64,000 nt of DNA, taken from positions 192,001 through 256,000 of the forward strand of contig CAWAOD010000014.1 in the NCBI GenBank assembly GCA_963783575.1, in the 5' to 3' direction. Each line of letters starts with the position of its first letter. The stretch's first letter is position 1. Below are positions 34,447-44,653 of the stretch, piece after piece. Below the pieces are notes generated by a model that was not told the origin of the DNA, made no database searches, and saw nothing but the letters and a program-made list of their open reading frames with translations. Source of the DNA: an uncultured Spirochaetota bacterium (GTDB lineage Bacteria; Spirochaetota; Brevinematia; Brevinematales; JAOACQ01). The position numbers were made by a program, and so were the translations under genes.

Positions 34447-35745
34447 ATGGTAAAATTTTATATAGAGAATTATGGTTGTCAAATGAATGTTTCCGAAAGC
34501 GATTCGTTAAGGAATTTGCTGAGGGAAAACGGACATACTGAAGCTAATAATCCAAGGGAATCGGATGTTGTGATTATTAATACTTGCAATGTAAGAAAGA
34601 CAGCGGAAGAAAGAATTGAAGGAAGGCTTGGGTATTATAGGTCGCTAATTACAAATGAAAAAATCAGATTAAAAGTTATACTTATGGGCTGTATGGCTCA
34701 GAATTCCGGAATTCAAATGAAGAAAAAATTCCCGGATGTGGTGGGATTGTTATGGGGAACATATAATAAAGACGGTATTCTGGAATATATGGATCGGTTA
34801 ACAAAAGCTGAAGATTATCTGAAGCTTTATGATTACCAATTTATGGAAGCTAAGTCCCAGACTAAATATTCATTTAAGAGTTTTGTGCCGATTTCTCATG
34901 GCTGTGATAATTTCTGCAGTTATTGCATCGTTCCGTTTGTCAGGGGTAGAGAGATCCACAGGAATCATCTTGATATAATTAACAATGTTAATAAATTGAT
35001 CAATACTGGAATTCAGGAAATTATCCTTTTAGGTCAGAATGTTAATTCTTATAATGACGGACATATGAATTTTCCTGAATTACTTAATGAAATTGCAGTG
35101 TTAACAGGGATTAATAGACTTGGCTTCATGACTTCCCATCCTAAGGACTTTTCTATTGATCTTGTAGAAGTGATAAAAGCCAATAAAAATATAATGAGAA
35201 ATATTCATCTGCCGCTACAGTCAGGAAATAACAGGATATTGAATCTTATGAATAGAAAATATTCTATAGATGAATACCTTGAGAAAATTAATATAGCAAG
35301 GGAAATTGATGATATTATTTTTACTACAGATATTTTGATAGGTTTTCCGGGAGAGACGGAACAAGAGTTTAATGAGACATTACAAGTGCTTGATAAAGTG
35401 ATGTTTTATGAGGCCTTCACTTATAAATATAACTCACGGCCGGGAACCAAAGCCGAATATATGCAAAATCAAATATCGGAAAATATAAAAAAAGACCGTT
35501 TGAGCCGGATGATAGAAAGACAAAAAATTAATACAGGCAAAGTATTGAGTAGCCGCATTGGGAAAAAACAAATTGCTATGCTGGATTCTGTTAGCAAAAA
35601 GAAAACAAATGAACTTTCAGGAAAAAGCCACAATGGTATTAATGTTTTTATCGAAGGAAGAAAAGAACTGATAGGAAGTATCTTTAAGATAGAATTTATT
35701 TCGATAAGCGGTAATGGATTGACTGCAAAAATTTTAAACAGGTAA
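34447..35745 (+). CDS. miaB: tRNA-i6A37 methylthiotransferase
   Basis: GCQMN, NTC.VR..AE, GCDNFCSYCIVP, TRAM domain. Confidence 0.93.
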   Translation: MVKFYIENYGCQMNVSESDSLRNLLRENGHTEANNPRESDVVIINTCNVRKTAEERIEGRLGYYRSLITNEKIRLKVILMGCMAQNSGIQMKKKFPDVVGLLWGTYNKDGILEYMDRLTKAEDYLKLYDYQFMEAKSQTKYSFKSFVPISHGCDNFCSYCIVPFVRGREIHRNHLDIINNVNKLINTGIQEIILLGQNVNSYNDGHMNFPELLNEIAVLTGINRLGFMTSHPKDFSIDLVEVIKANKNIMRNIHLPLQSGNNRILNLMNRKYSIDEYLEKINIAREIDDIIFTTDILIGFPGETEQEFNETLQVLDKVMFYEAFTYKYNSRPGTKAEYMQNQISENIKKDRLSRMIERQKINTGKVLSSRIGKKQIAMLDSVSKKKTNELSGKSHNGINVFIEGRKELIGSIFKIEFISISGNGLTAKILNR

Positions 35746-35805
35746 ATTTGACAAATTTGTTGTATTATGGGAAAATAAAGTAATATGAATTAATTAGGGG
35801 GACAT

Positions 35806-36219
35806 ATGCCTAAAGATGTTGCACTCCATATTGATGAAAGTATGATCGATACGGTTCTTGCTGAAGATATAAATTTTCAGGGAACTATGAAATTTTCTAA
35901 GTCGTTAATGATTAAAGGCAAATTTGAGGGACAGATTGATGCAACGGGGCATCTTATCATAGGTCCAAACGCAGTTACCAATGCAACTATCAAAGCAGGT
36001 GTTATTACTAATTATGGTCAGATTAATGGTAATGTTGAGGGGACTGAAAGAGTAGAGTTGTATAATAACGCTAAATTAACGGGTGATATTAAAACACCGG
36101 AATTAATCATTGAAAGTGGGTGTACTTTTAATGGAAATTGTGTGATGAGCGATAAGAAGCCGTCTGTTCAATCCCAGCCTGTTCATACACCAACCCCGCA
36201 ACAGAGTCCGAAGAAATAG
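35806..36219 (+). CDS. Bactofilin (polymer-forming cytoskeletal protein)
   Basis: Beta-helix pattern ending LIIESGCTFNGNC. Confidence 0.88.
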   Translation: MPKDVALHIDESMIDTVLAEDINFQGTMKFSKSLMIKGKFEGQIDATGHLIIGPNAVTNATIKAGVITNYGQINGNVEGTERVELYNNAKLTGDIKTPELIIESGCTFNGNCVMSDKKPSVQSQPVHTPTPQQSPKK

Positions 36220-36224
36220 TTTTA

Positions 36225-37067
36225 TTATTCCGCTTGTTTGGTGTTATATAAATTTAATTCATTTAATACATTTACAAAATCTTTTGGAAGTGGTGCCTTT
36301 ATTACGATAGTATTTTGAGTATACGGGCAAATATACGATATTTTATATGAATGAAGCATTTGTCTTTTGATCTTTTTAAATCTTTCGGATGTAATCGATT
36401 TCATTCCATAAACTTTATCGCCAAGAATTGGATGCCTTATTGAAGCCAGATGTAACCTGATCTGGTGTTTCCTTCCGGTTTCGATTTTTATTTCAAAGTA
36501 TGAACATTCAATGTTTTTGCTTAAAAGTTTAATATGTGATAAAGCTCTTTTGCCATCTAAATAATTATCTATTGTCAAACTTTGAAATTCCGCTTCATTT
36601 AATGATATAGCAAGATATTCCTTTATAACTTTTTTATCCTGCCAGATTTCTTTAAATTTTTCAAACACTTCGTGGCTTTTTGCAAAAATGACCGTTCCTG
36701 TTGTGTCTTTATCAAGCCTGTGAATGGCTTTAATATTATTATCTAATTTTACTTTCAATTGAGTTTCAAGGGAATTATTGCTGCCTGAAGTCAGAATACC
36801 TGACGGTTTATCAATGGCCAGAATATATTGATCTTCATATATTATCTTTAATTGAATATTCTTGCCTTTATCTTTAGGATAGTAATCCGGATGAATTTCA
36901 ACATAGTCATTTTTTTTTAACTTATATGCAGCAATCCATATTCTCCTGTTATTGACAAACACATTCCTAGAATCAATCAATTCTTTTGATTTATTTTTTG
37001 AAAGGTTTAACTTTTCAGATAAGAAATCTCTAAGAATATCTTCTTTTTTAACAATAAGTGTTTTCAT
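36225..37067 (-). CDS. RluA-family pseudouridine synthase with S4 domain
   Basis: KPSG, HRLDKDTTG, TGRKHQIR, HPILGD. Confidence 0.92.
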   Translation of the reverse strand: MKTLIVKKEDILRDFLSEKLNLSKNKSKELIDSRNVFVNNRRIWIAAYKLKKNDYVEIHPDYYPKDKGKNIQLKIIYEDQYILAIDKPSGILTSGSNNSLETQLKVKLDNNIKAIHRLDKDTTGTVIFAKSHEVFEKFKEIWQDKKVIKEYLAISLNEAEFQSLTIDNYLDGKRALSHIKLLSKNIECSYFEIKIETGRKHQIRLHLASIRHPILGDKVYGMKSITSERFKKIKRQMLHSYKISYICPYTQNTIVIKAPLPKDFVNVLNELNLYNTKQAE

Positions 37068-37085
37068 GACATTTAAATGATTTTT

Positions 37086-37295
37086 CTATTCAATCTGTTT
37101 TTTCTCTTCAAATCCCATTGAAAGGCCAAGTACAACTGTAATTAAACCGAGTACTGTAATTAAAATTGAAATAAATGCGTACATACCGTCATAATTTAAT
37201 GTTATAAAAGAAATAAGGAAAAAACCAAAATAAGCTACAAGTACCCCTAAAATAACTAGAATCCAATTTTGTTTTTTCATCAGACTTTTTTTCAT
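37086..37295 (-). CDS. Small two-TM membrane protein
   Basis: AGGAGG RBS; two hydrophobic helices. Confidence 0.6.
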   Translation of the reverse strand: MKKSLMKKQNWILVILGVLVAYFGFFLISFITLNYDGMYAFISILITVLGLITVVLGLSMGFEEKKQIE

Positions 37296-37579
37296 AAAGG
37301 GATTTCCTCCTAGGTATATATTTTAAATTATTATATCAAAAAAGTAAAATGAGAAGCCGTTCTAACAATCCAATAAAATTTTTTAATATAATCTTGCTGC
37401 TAATTATTCATATTATAACGAATTATTTATAATAGTCTAAAATTCCATAAATAAAAATCAGTTGAAATTTTTCTTTTTCCACGTTAAACTTTCATATGAA
37501 GCCTTTAAGATAATATTTAAATATATTGAATTTTGGCTTTTCTCGTACTGGTAAAAGTGTAATTATTGAGGAGGAATTT

Positions 37580-38212
37580 ATGGTTAAAAAGATATTATTG
37601 ATTTCTGGAATACTACTTATAATGGCAGTGTCCTCGTACAGTGAAAAAAGCAGGACCTTGTCAGGAAAGAATGAATTCAGCGGTGTTACACAGGAAACTA
37701 AATATTCCAAAGGAGATAAATATTATGACGAACTGGGATTGATAAATTCACTGGCTTTCTATGACGAAGCTTCTAAAATCAAGAAAGCAGAGTATAATTA
37801 TGAAGAAGACAAAACAGGGCAGCGTAATTTTGTTAAGAAAATTCAAATCTATGATACAAACCAGAAAGTTGTACAGGTGGAATATTATTTTCCCGACAAT
37901 ATTGCCGAGAAAAAAGGGTATTCAAGATATATAGAAACTTATGATGCTATTAATGGTAATCTGGCCGAAGCTGATTATTTCTATATGGATAAATTCGCTA
38001 AAAAAGAGGGATATAATAAATCCGTTTTTGTATATGTAAAAGGTTTCATAAGGCAGAAAGAGTATTATTTTATTGAAGAATTTGCTAAAAAGATAGGGTA
38101 TTATAAGAGGATTGATTATTTTGTATATGATACTTATGCAAATGAAAAATTGACTGAAAAAGCATATTTCGATAAAGATTATAAGGAAATAAAAAGAGAA
38201 ACTGAGCAATAG
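37580..38212 (+). CDS. Exported Tyr/Lys-rich repeat protein
   Basis: GAGGAGG RBS before ATG 37580; signal peptide; ~30-aa internal repeats. Confidence 0.65.
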   Translation: MVKKILLISGILLIMAVSSYSEKSRTLSGKNEFSGVTQETKYSKGDKYYDELGLINSLAFYDEASKIKKAEYNYEEDKTGQRNFVKKIQIYDTNQKVVQVEYYFPDNIAEKKGYSRYIETYDAINGNLAEADYFYMDKFAKKEGYNKSVFVYVKGFIRQKEYYFIEEFAKKIGYYKRIDYFVYDTYANEKLTEKAYFDKDYKEIKRETEQ

Positions 38213-38253
38213 TGTCCAAAATAAAAATTGTAAATTATTTAATTTTGTTTTAT

Positions 38254-38283
38254 AGGCGATGTGATTTCACATCGCCTTTATTA
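38254..38283 (+). terminator. Rho-independent terminator
   Basis: aggcgatgtg-attt-cacatcgcct followed by ttatta. Confidence 0.8.
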
Positions 38284-38284
38284 T

Positions 38285-38916
38285 TATGCCCCGGCAGGGC
38301 GTATGTTCTTGCGGGAGAAAGTTCCGTATACACCCGGTAAGGGGAAGTATTAGCCGGGCGGCAATGGTGTCCTGGGTTTATCACAAATCTAAAGGGAGCC
38401 GCAGGCAAAACGCTGGTCTAACAAACAGTTCAGTGCATAAAGGCGGTCGCACTGGGTGAGGTGGCAAATATCCCTAAAGCTCAGTACTTACACTGAAAAT
38501 GTGAACGTATATGCAACTGGTATAAGCGGGATAGTTCGGCAGGATCACCAACCAGCGAGTGCATTACCCGGGGAGTTCTGTCAGCCTGCTACGTATTAGC
38601 TATGCCGTCGAGAGAGGGGCTGGCAGAACTCAGCAGAGGCCATAGTAGTATAAAGACCATGTATAAAGGGCCAGATGGGTTATACTCGGCAATTGTGGAA
38701 GTTTCGGACGGAATCTGAAAGGTAAACAGTATGGTTGTAAGACACATAGGGATCATATAGTAGATTACCCTTGAAGCTTAAAGATGGGAGGCATGGTCTT
38801 AATAAAGCTGATGGTCAATGAGCGAATAGATAAAATAATATTGGAACCGCCGTATATGGAACCGTATGTATGGTTGTATGAGAGGACGGTGGGTGAAAAC
38901 CCGCCTCCTACTCAAT
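38285..38916 (+). mobile_element. ORF-less (internally deleted) class C group II intron
   Basis: 5' ~tatgccccggcagggcg..ttgcgggagaaagttccg; domain V gaaccgccgtatatggaaccgtatgtatggttg; domain VI gaggacggtgggtgaaaacccgcctcctactcaAT; just downstream of a terminator; 5' end approximate. Confidence 0.85.
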
Positions 38917-38957
38917 AAAGTGTGGTTAAATTAGTAATGCTTATATTTATTGATCAT

Positions 38958-38988
38958 TTGACAAAAGTCTATATGATTATTATCATAT
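38958..38988 (+). promoter_or_regulatory. queD-folE2 promoter with overlapping palindrome
   Basis: TTGACA 38958, 17 nt, TATCAT 38981; atatgatta/ttatcatat at 38971-38988. Confidence 0.55.
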
Positions 38989-39100
38989 TTTATTGGATGT
39001 AAAACAAAATTATTAAAAATATTTAATATAAAGAATCATTTAAACGGGATAATTTCCTTTTCTTTTTATTACAATTCTATATCAGATTTCAGGAGATTTC

Positions 39101-39460
39101 ATGTACATTTCCAGAGATTTTAAATTTGACTCCGCACATAATCTAATTTGTTATGAAGGTAAATGTGAAAATCTTCATGGGCATACATATCGCTTAAAAG
39201 TAACTCTATCGGGAAAACAGGATGAAACGACAGGTATGATTATTGATTTTAATCAATTGCAGAAAATTGTCGATGAAAAAGTAATAGAAAGACTTGATCA
39301 TAATTATCTTAATAAAATTATTGAGCAATCTACCGCCGAAAATATCATTCAATGGATCTGGAATGAACTGAAAACCCCATTGGCAGGAAAAAATTACAAA
39401 TTATTTGAATTAATCTTATGGGAAACGGAAAATAGTTCAGTTACAATCAGAAATGAATAA
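39101..39460 (+). CDS. queD: 6-carboxytetrahydropterin synthase
   Basis: FDSAH, CENLHGHTY, LDHNYLN, STAEN, WETE. Confidence 0.93.
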   Translation: MYISRDFKFDSAHNLICYEGKCENLHGHTYRLKVTLSGKQDETTGMIIDFNQLQKIVDEKVIERLDHNYLNKIIEQSTAENIIQWIWNELKTPLAGKNYKLFELILWETENSSVTIRNE

Positions 39461-39474
39461 TAGGGGAGTATTTT

Positions 39475-40245
39475 GTGCACGATGTTCAGAATGAAAAAGA
39501 TAATAGAAATATTCCGATTAATAAAGTCGGAATAAATAATTTAAGTTACCCGATAAGTGTTCTTGATAGAAATAATTACGCTCAGCATACTATCGCAACC
39601 ATCAATATGTATGTCGATCTTCCTCATCATTATAGAGGAACTCATATGAGCAGGTTTCTTGAGGTAGTCAGCCGTCATAATATTAATCTTGAATTGATTA
39701 GCCTTGATAAAATTTTAAAAGATATGAAAGATTCATTTGAAAGTGAAACTTCTCATCTTGAGATTGAGTTTCCTTATTTTATTTACAAAAAAGCCCCGGT
39801 ATCAAAAATTGAAAGCCCAATGGAATATTTCTGCAGGGTTGAAGCGAAAATGAACAATAACAATGTTCTTGAAATATGGATGGAAGTGAGGGTCCCAGTC
39901 CATAATCTCTGCCCATGCTCAAAAGAAATTAGCAGGCATGGCGCACATAATCAAAGGGGATTGGTTACAATTAAGGCCTTGATATCAAAATTAGTCTGGT
40001 TTGAAGAATTAATACAAATTGCTGAAAATTCATCATCCGCTCCTTTATATTCACTGCTTAAACGTGAAGATGAGAAATACATAACAGAACTGGCTTATAA
40101 AAACCCAAGGTTTGTTGAAGATACTGCCAGGGAAATTGCTTTGCAATTAAATGAGGAAGCAAGAATAAAGCTGTATTCAGTTGAAGTAAAGAATTTTGAA
40201 TCGATCCATAACCATAATGCATATGCTTGTATTGAGAAAAATTGA
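39475..40245 (+). CDS. folE2: GTP cyclohydrolase IB
   Basis: DVQ, RGTHMSRF, LCPCSKEIS, GAHNQRG, ESIHNHNA. Confidence 0.95.
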   Translation: MHDVQNEKDNRNIPINKVGINNLSYPISVLDRNNYAQHTIATINMYVDLPHHYRGTHMSRFLEVVSRHNINLELISLDKILKDMKDSFESETSHLEIEFPYFIYKKAPVSKIESPMEYFCRVEAKMNNNNVLEIWMEVRVPVHNLCPCSKEISRHGAHNQRGLVTIKALISKLVWFEELIQIAENSSSAPLYSLLKREDEKYITELAYKNPRFVEDTAREIALQLNEEARIKLYSVEVKNFESIHNHNAYACIEKN

Positions 40246-40299
40246 TAATGGACTTTTACAAAATTTTATTTGATATAATTATTTTTAAAGGATCAATAG

Positions 40300-40761
40300 A
40301 TGAGAATTGAAAACAGATCCATTAATTCCAGCAATAAATTTAAAAAAAGTAATTCACCGGAAAAATTAGGAGCAAATTTTTTACAAACACTCCAGGAATA
40401 TGAAAGCATACCTGAAATTGAATGGGATATAGATAACATATCATATGATGATTTAAAAAATCTAGCTGGGCTGATCGAGCAGGGAGGGGAAAGTCTGTCA
40501 AATAATCCCAATCCGGATAACTTTAACTCTTACAAAAAACATATCAAGCTGTTCATTTCAATTCTTAAGGATAATTATGAAGTTAAAGATACAATATCAA
40601 GAATAAGTTTTTCCAAGCAAAAACTATATAAAACTGTTGAAACAATTGATGAAAATCTCTCCAAATTGGCAGGTATGGTACTCTCAAATGAAAAAAACAG
40701 GCTGAACTACTTAAAATTGGTAAATAATATCAAGGGATTGATAATTGATTTGATTTTATAA
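40300..40761 (+). CDS. YaaR/DUF327 family protein
   Basis: C-terminal IKGLIIDLIL and YK..IK.F pattern. Confidence 0.7.
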   Translation: MRIENRSINSSNKFKKSNSPEKLGANFLQTLQEYESIPEIEWDIDNISYDDLKNLAGLIEQGGESLSNNPNPDNFNSYKKHIKLFISILKDNYEVKDTISRISFSKQKLYKTVETIDENLSKLAGMVLSNEKNRLNYLKLVNNIKGLIIDLIL

Positions 40762-40899
40762 TTTAGTAAATTTAAAAAGGATATTTAGTTTTAATAATGT
40801 GCTGTTTATTTATTAATGCTCTAATTCAGAAAACCGATAAATCACTGACCAAGTTTTTAGTCTTTTTTTTATGTTGAGTTTGATTTGAGGAAAAAAAGG

Positions 40900-42396
40900 A
40901 TGAAGAAGAAATTGAATATTTTAATGGCAGCGGCAGAATGCATTCCTTTTGCAAAAACCGGCGGATTAGCCGATGTAGTTGGATCATTGCCAATTGCTTT
41001 AAAAAAATTAGGGCATGATGTGAGAATTGTCATGCCTAAATACTCCTTTATTGATTGTGAAAAATTTAATATTCTGCCTTATATAAAGATTATGGGCGTA
41101 TGGATGGGTAATGCATTGGAGTGGTGTATTGTTCACAAGACAATAATAAATGATGACATACCTGTATATTTTATTGAATTCAATCTTTATTTTGAAAGAA
41201 GCGGTATATATCATGATGAGAATTTCAACGATTATCTTGATAATCCAAGGCGTTTCGGTTTTTTATCAAGAGCGGCTTTACAACTATGTCATGAAATAGA
41301 TTTCAAACCAGATATAGTACATTCGAATGATTGGCAAACCGCACTGATTCCTGCGTATTTAAAAATCTGGCATTGGAATGATCCGCTGCTGGGCAGTTCC
41401 GCAAGTGTTCTTACCATTCATAATATAGCCTACCAGGGTATATATCCGAAATCACATTATGAGTATCTTGGCTTGCGAGAAGAAAATTTTACTCAGGAAA
41501 AATTCGAGTGCTTTGGGGCAGTTAATTTTTTGAAAGGTGGAATTTACTATGCAGATGCATTAAATACAGTTAGCCCGACTTACGCAAGAGAGACAAAATC
41601 ACCGGATGGCGGGAATGGGCTTGCTCCCTATCTGAATAATCGCGGCAGTGATTACTGTGGGATACTTAATGGCGTGGATTATCTTAAATGGGATCCGGAA
41701 ATTGACCCATATACCTCAAAAAATTACTCAATAAACGATCTTTCCGGTAAAGCGATTTGTAAAAGAGAATTACAGAATGAAATGAAGCTGGAAGAAAATA
41801 CCGATATTCCAATATTCGGCGTTATCAGCCGTTTTGTTTTACAAAAAGGACTGCATTTGCTTGCTGAAAGTATTGTAAAGATTATTGAAAATATGGTTGT
41901 TCAGTTTGTAATCCTGGGAACCGGTGATAAAAATCTTGAAAAATTTTTCCGGGATATGGCAATAAGATATCCCGGTAATGTGGGTGTTTATATAGGCTAT
42001 AATAATGAATTAGCTCATCTTATCGAAGCTGGAAGCGATTTCTTTCTTATGCCGTCAATTTATGAGCCATGCGGCTTAAATCAGATTTATTCATTAAAGT
42101 ACGGCACTCTTCCGGTTGTCAGGGCGACCGGGGGACTTGAAGATACGGTTGATAATTATAACGAAGAAACAGGAGAGGGAACTGGCTTTAAGTTTTATGA
42201 GGCAAGCTCACATGCCGTTTATTATACTGTCGGATGGGCTGTAAGTACATATTATGACAGGAAAGAACATATGAAAAAAATGATTAAAAGCGCAATGAGC
42301 AGGCATTTTTCATGGAACGACAGCACTGCGGAGTATGTAAAGCTTTATTATAAAGCAATTAAAAACAAAAAAGAATATGATAATAAATTTAAATAA
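40900..42396 (+). CDS. glgA: Glycogen synthase
   Basis: KTGGLADV, HSNDWQ, TIHNIAYQG, EPCGLNQ; start uncertain (40885-40900). Confidence 0.95.
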   Translation: MKKKLNILMAAAECIPFAKTGGLADVVGSLPIALKKLGHDVRIVMPKYSFIDCEKFNILPYIKIMGVWMGNALEWCIVHKTIINDDIPVYFIEFNLYFERSGIYHDENFNDYLDNPRRFGFLSRAALQLCHEIDFKPDIVHSNDWQTALIPAYLKIWHWNDPLLGSSASVLTIHNIAYQGIYPKSHYEYLGLREENFTQEKFECFGAVNFLKGGIYYADALNTVSPTYARETKSPDGGNGLAPYLNNRGSDYCGILNGVDYLKWDPEIDPYTSKNYSINDLSGKAICKRELQNEMKLEENTDIPIFGVISRFVLQKGLHLLAESIVKIIENMVVQFVILGTGDKNLEKFFRDMAIRYPGNVGVYIGYNNELAHLIEAGSDFFLMPSIYEPCGLNQIYSLKYGTLPVVRATGGLEDTVDNYNEETGEGTGFKFYEASSHAVYYTVGWAVSTYYDRKEHMKKMIKSAMSRHFSWNDSTAEYVKLYYKAIKNKKEYDNKFK

Positions 42397-42646
42397 TTAA
42401 ATAAGCGCCGCCCTTCCGCTTCCCGAAATAGGTGATAGCTAACAGTAATCCGGAAAAAAATTAAATTTCAGCAAATCCTTTCATTTTTATTCCCAAAATT
42501 ATTCAGAAATTAAATAAAACAATTAATATAACATTCGATTAATAAATTTTCAAATCCGGTTTTGAATAATGAATTGTTTTGGTATGTATAAATTTACAAT
42601 TTTGCTAAAATAAGTTAAAATATTAATCTGTTTTCAGGGGAAATAG

Positions 42647-44077
42647 ATGATAAAAGAAGAATGCGGAATATTTGGAATATGGGGGATAAGCGAGGCTTCA
42701 AGATACGTATACCTGGGATTAAATTTTTTGCAGCACAGAGGCCAGGAATCCTGTGGAATTGTAAGTACTGAAGGAATTTCTTTATATAAACAGGTCGGAT
42801 TGGGGAAAGTATCGGATTTTTTCGATGAAGCAAAGATAAGTTATCTTGAAGGCTTCCGGGCAATAGGCCATGTCAGATATTCAACGACAGGTTCACCGAC
42901 TCTGGTTAATGCGCAGCCGATAACAGGATCAACCTCAAAAGGTGCGGTAGCGATAGCTCACAATGGTAATATCACAAATGCCGGAATTATCAGAGATAAT
43001 TTATTAAGAAAGGGCAAGAACTTTCATTCAACAAGCGACAGCGAGGTAATTCTTCAGCTTATAGCTGACGCGCCTTCAGACAATCTTGTCGATTCTGTAA
43101 AATGGGCTTTGTCTATCCTACAAGGCTCATTTGCCCTCCTGGTAATGACAAAAGATACAATGATTGCCGTTAGGGACCCGATGGGTTTCCGGCCTCTATC
43201 GATGGGTAAAATTGGAAATAATATCAGCGATATCGGAGATACTATTGTGTTTTCTTCGGAGGATAGCGGGTTTTCCATTGTTGAAGCAGTAAAAATCCGT
43301 GATATTAAACCGAATGAAATGGTTGTTGTGTCGGGAAGTGGGATTACATGTCTGGAGATTTTATCGGAAAAGCCGAAAACCAATCAATGTATTTTCGAGC
43401 TTATATATTTTTCCAAGCCTTCATCGGTTGTTTTTGGAAAGAGTGTTTATGATTACCGTTTTGAAGTCGGTAAAAGACTTGCGAAAGAGCACCCGGTTGA
43501 AGCTGATTTTGTTGTACCTGTTCCAGATTCCGGTATTGTATCTGCATTAGGTTATTCAAAGGAATCCGGGATTCCTATTGCGCTTGGATTAATCAGGAGC
43601 CATTATATCGGGAGAACATTTATAGAGCCTTCGCAAAAAATCCGTGATTTCGGAGTAAAAATGAAATTTATACCGGTTAAAGAAATAATTGAAGGTAAAA
43701 GAATTATCCTAATTGACGATTCTATTGTTAGAGGAACAACATCGAGGAAGATTGTAAAAATGGTAAGGGCTTGCGAACCCAAGGAAATTCACTTCCGTAT
43801 TTCTTCTCCGCCCGTTAAAAACCCCTGCTATTATGGAATAGATTTTTCGACAGCCGAAGAATTGCTTGCTAATAAATTGAATTCCATGCCGGATATAGCA
43901 AACTTTATCGGTGCCGATTCGGTGGGATATGTAAGCATTACGGGATTATTTGAAGAATCCGGTCTTGATATGAATAAATTTTGTAAGGCTTGTTTTGACG
44001 GCATATATCCGACGAAAATAAACAAGTTTACAAAAGGCGGATTTGAGAATGAAATCAAACAGCTCCATATTAAATAA
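42647..44077 (+). CDS. purF: Amidophosphoribosyltransferase
   Basis: EECGIFG, QHRGQES, GHVRYST, DDSIVRGTT. Confidence 0.97.
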   Translation: MIKEECGIFGIWGISEASRYVYLGLNFLQHRGQESCGIVSTEGISLYKQVGLGKVSDFFDEAKISYLEGFRAIGHVRYSTTGSPTLVNAQPITGSTSKGAVAIAHNGNITNAGIIRDNLLRKGKNFHSTSDSEVILQLIADAPSDNLVDSVKWALSILQGSFALLVMTKDTMIAVRDPMGFRPLSMGKIGNNISDIGDTIVFSSEDSGFSIVEAVKIRDIKPNEMVVVSGSGITCLEILSEKPKTNQCIFELIYFSKPSSVVFGKSVYDYRFEVGKRLAKEHPVEADFVVPVPDSGIVSALGYSKESGIPIALGLIRSHYIGRTFIEPSQKIRDFGVKMKFIPVKEIIEGKRIILIDDSIVRGTTSRKIVKMVRACEPKEIHFRISSPPVKNPCYYGIDFSTAEELLANKLNSMPDIANFIGADSVGYVSITGLFEESGLDMNKFCKACFDGIYPTKINKFTKGGFENEIKQLHIK

Positions 44078-44633
44078 CAAATTTCAATCGGAAAATACCA
44101 CAAAATTAATTGAAGAAACCATTGAAAGCAGATTAATATACGATAGTGGTAGTTATTCATTTTTTTCGGATAAGATTAAGCTTCCTGATGGCGGGGTTGT
44201 AGATAAAAATTATGTAAAATATCCCGAAGCGGTTGCTATCATCCCTTTTATTAATGAGAATGAGATTATTTTGGTTGAACAATACAGGTACCCGATTAAA
44301 CTTGTTACACTTGAAATCCCTGCAGGTAAAATTGATAATCCCAATGAAGCAAGACATGAAGCCGCTTTAAGAGAACTGCTTGAAGAAACAGGCTACAGGG
44401 CAGAAAGTCTTGAGTATCTTTTTTCTTACTTTCCATGTCCAGGGTATAGCACAGAAATTCTGCATATTCATACTGCTCATGGTTTAATTAAAGAAACACA
44501 ATGCCTTGATCGGGATGAGTTTATTTATGTAAAAATAAGTAAACTTGATGAAGTATTGAATATGATCCGGAAAGGGGAAATTGTAGATTCCAAGACGATT
44601 ATATCTATTTTATACCTGCAATTTAGAAAATAA
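44043..44633 (+). CDS. NUDIX hydrolase (ADP-ribose pyrophosphatase-like)
   Basis: EIPAG...AALRELLEETGY. Confidence 0.9.
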   Translation: MRMKSNSSILNNKFQSENTTKLIEETIESRLIYDSGSYSFFSDKIKLPDGGVVDKNYVKYPEAVAIIPFINENEIILVEQYRYPIKLVTLEIPAGKIDNPNEARHEAALRELLEETGYRAESLEYLFSYFPCPGYSTEILHIHTAHGLIKETQCLDRDEFIYVKISKLDEVLNMIRKGEIVDSKTIISILYLQFRK

Positions 44634-44653
44634 TAGTCAAAACGGCAAGCTTG

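Noticed and set aside
38917..39100. preQ1 riboswitch before queD
   Set aside because: No preQ1 consensus stem-loop visible
42400..42460. Purine, ZTP or PRPP riboswitch upstream of purF
   Set aside because: The GC-rich patch does not match consensus features I can recognise; an Rfam scan would settle it
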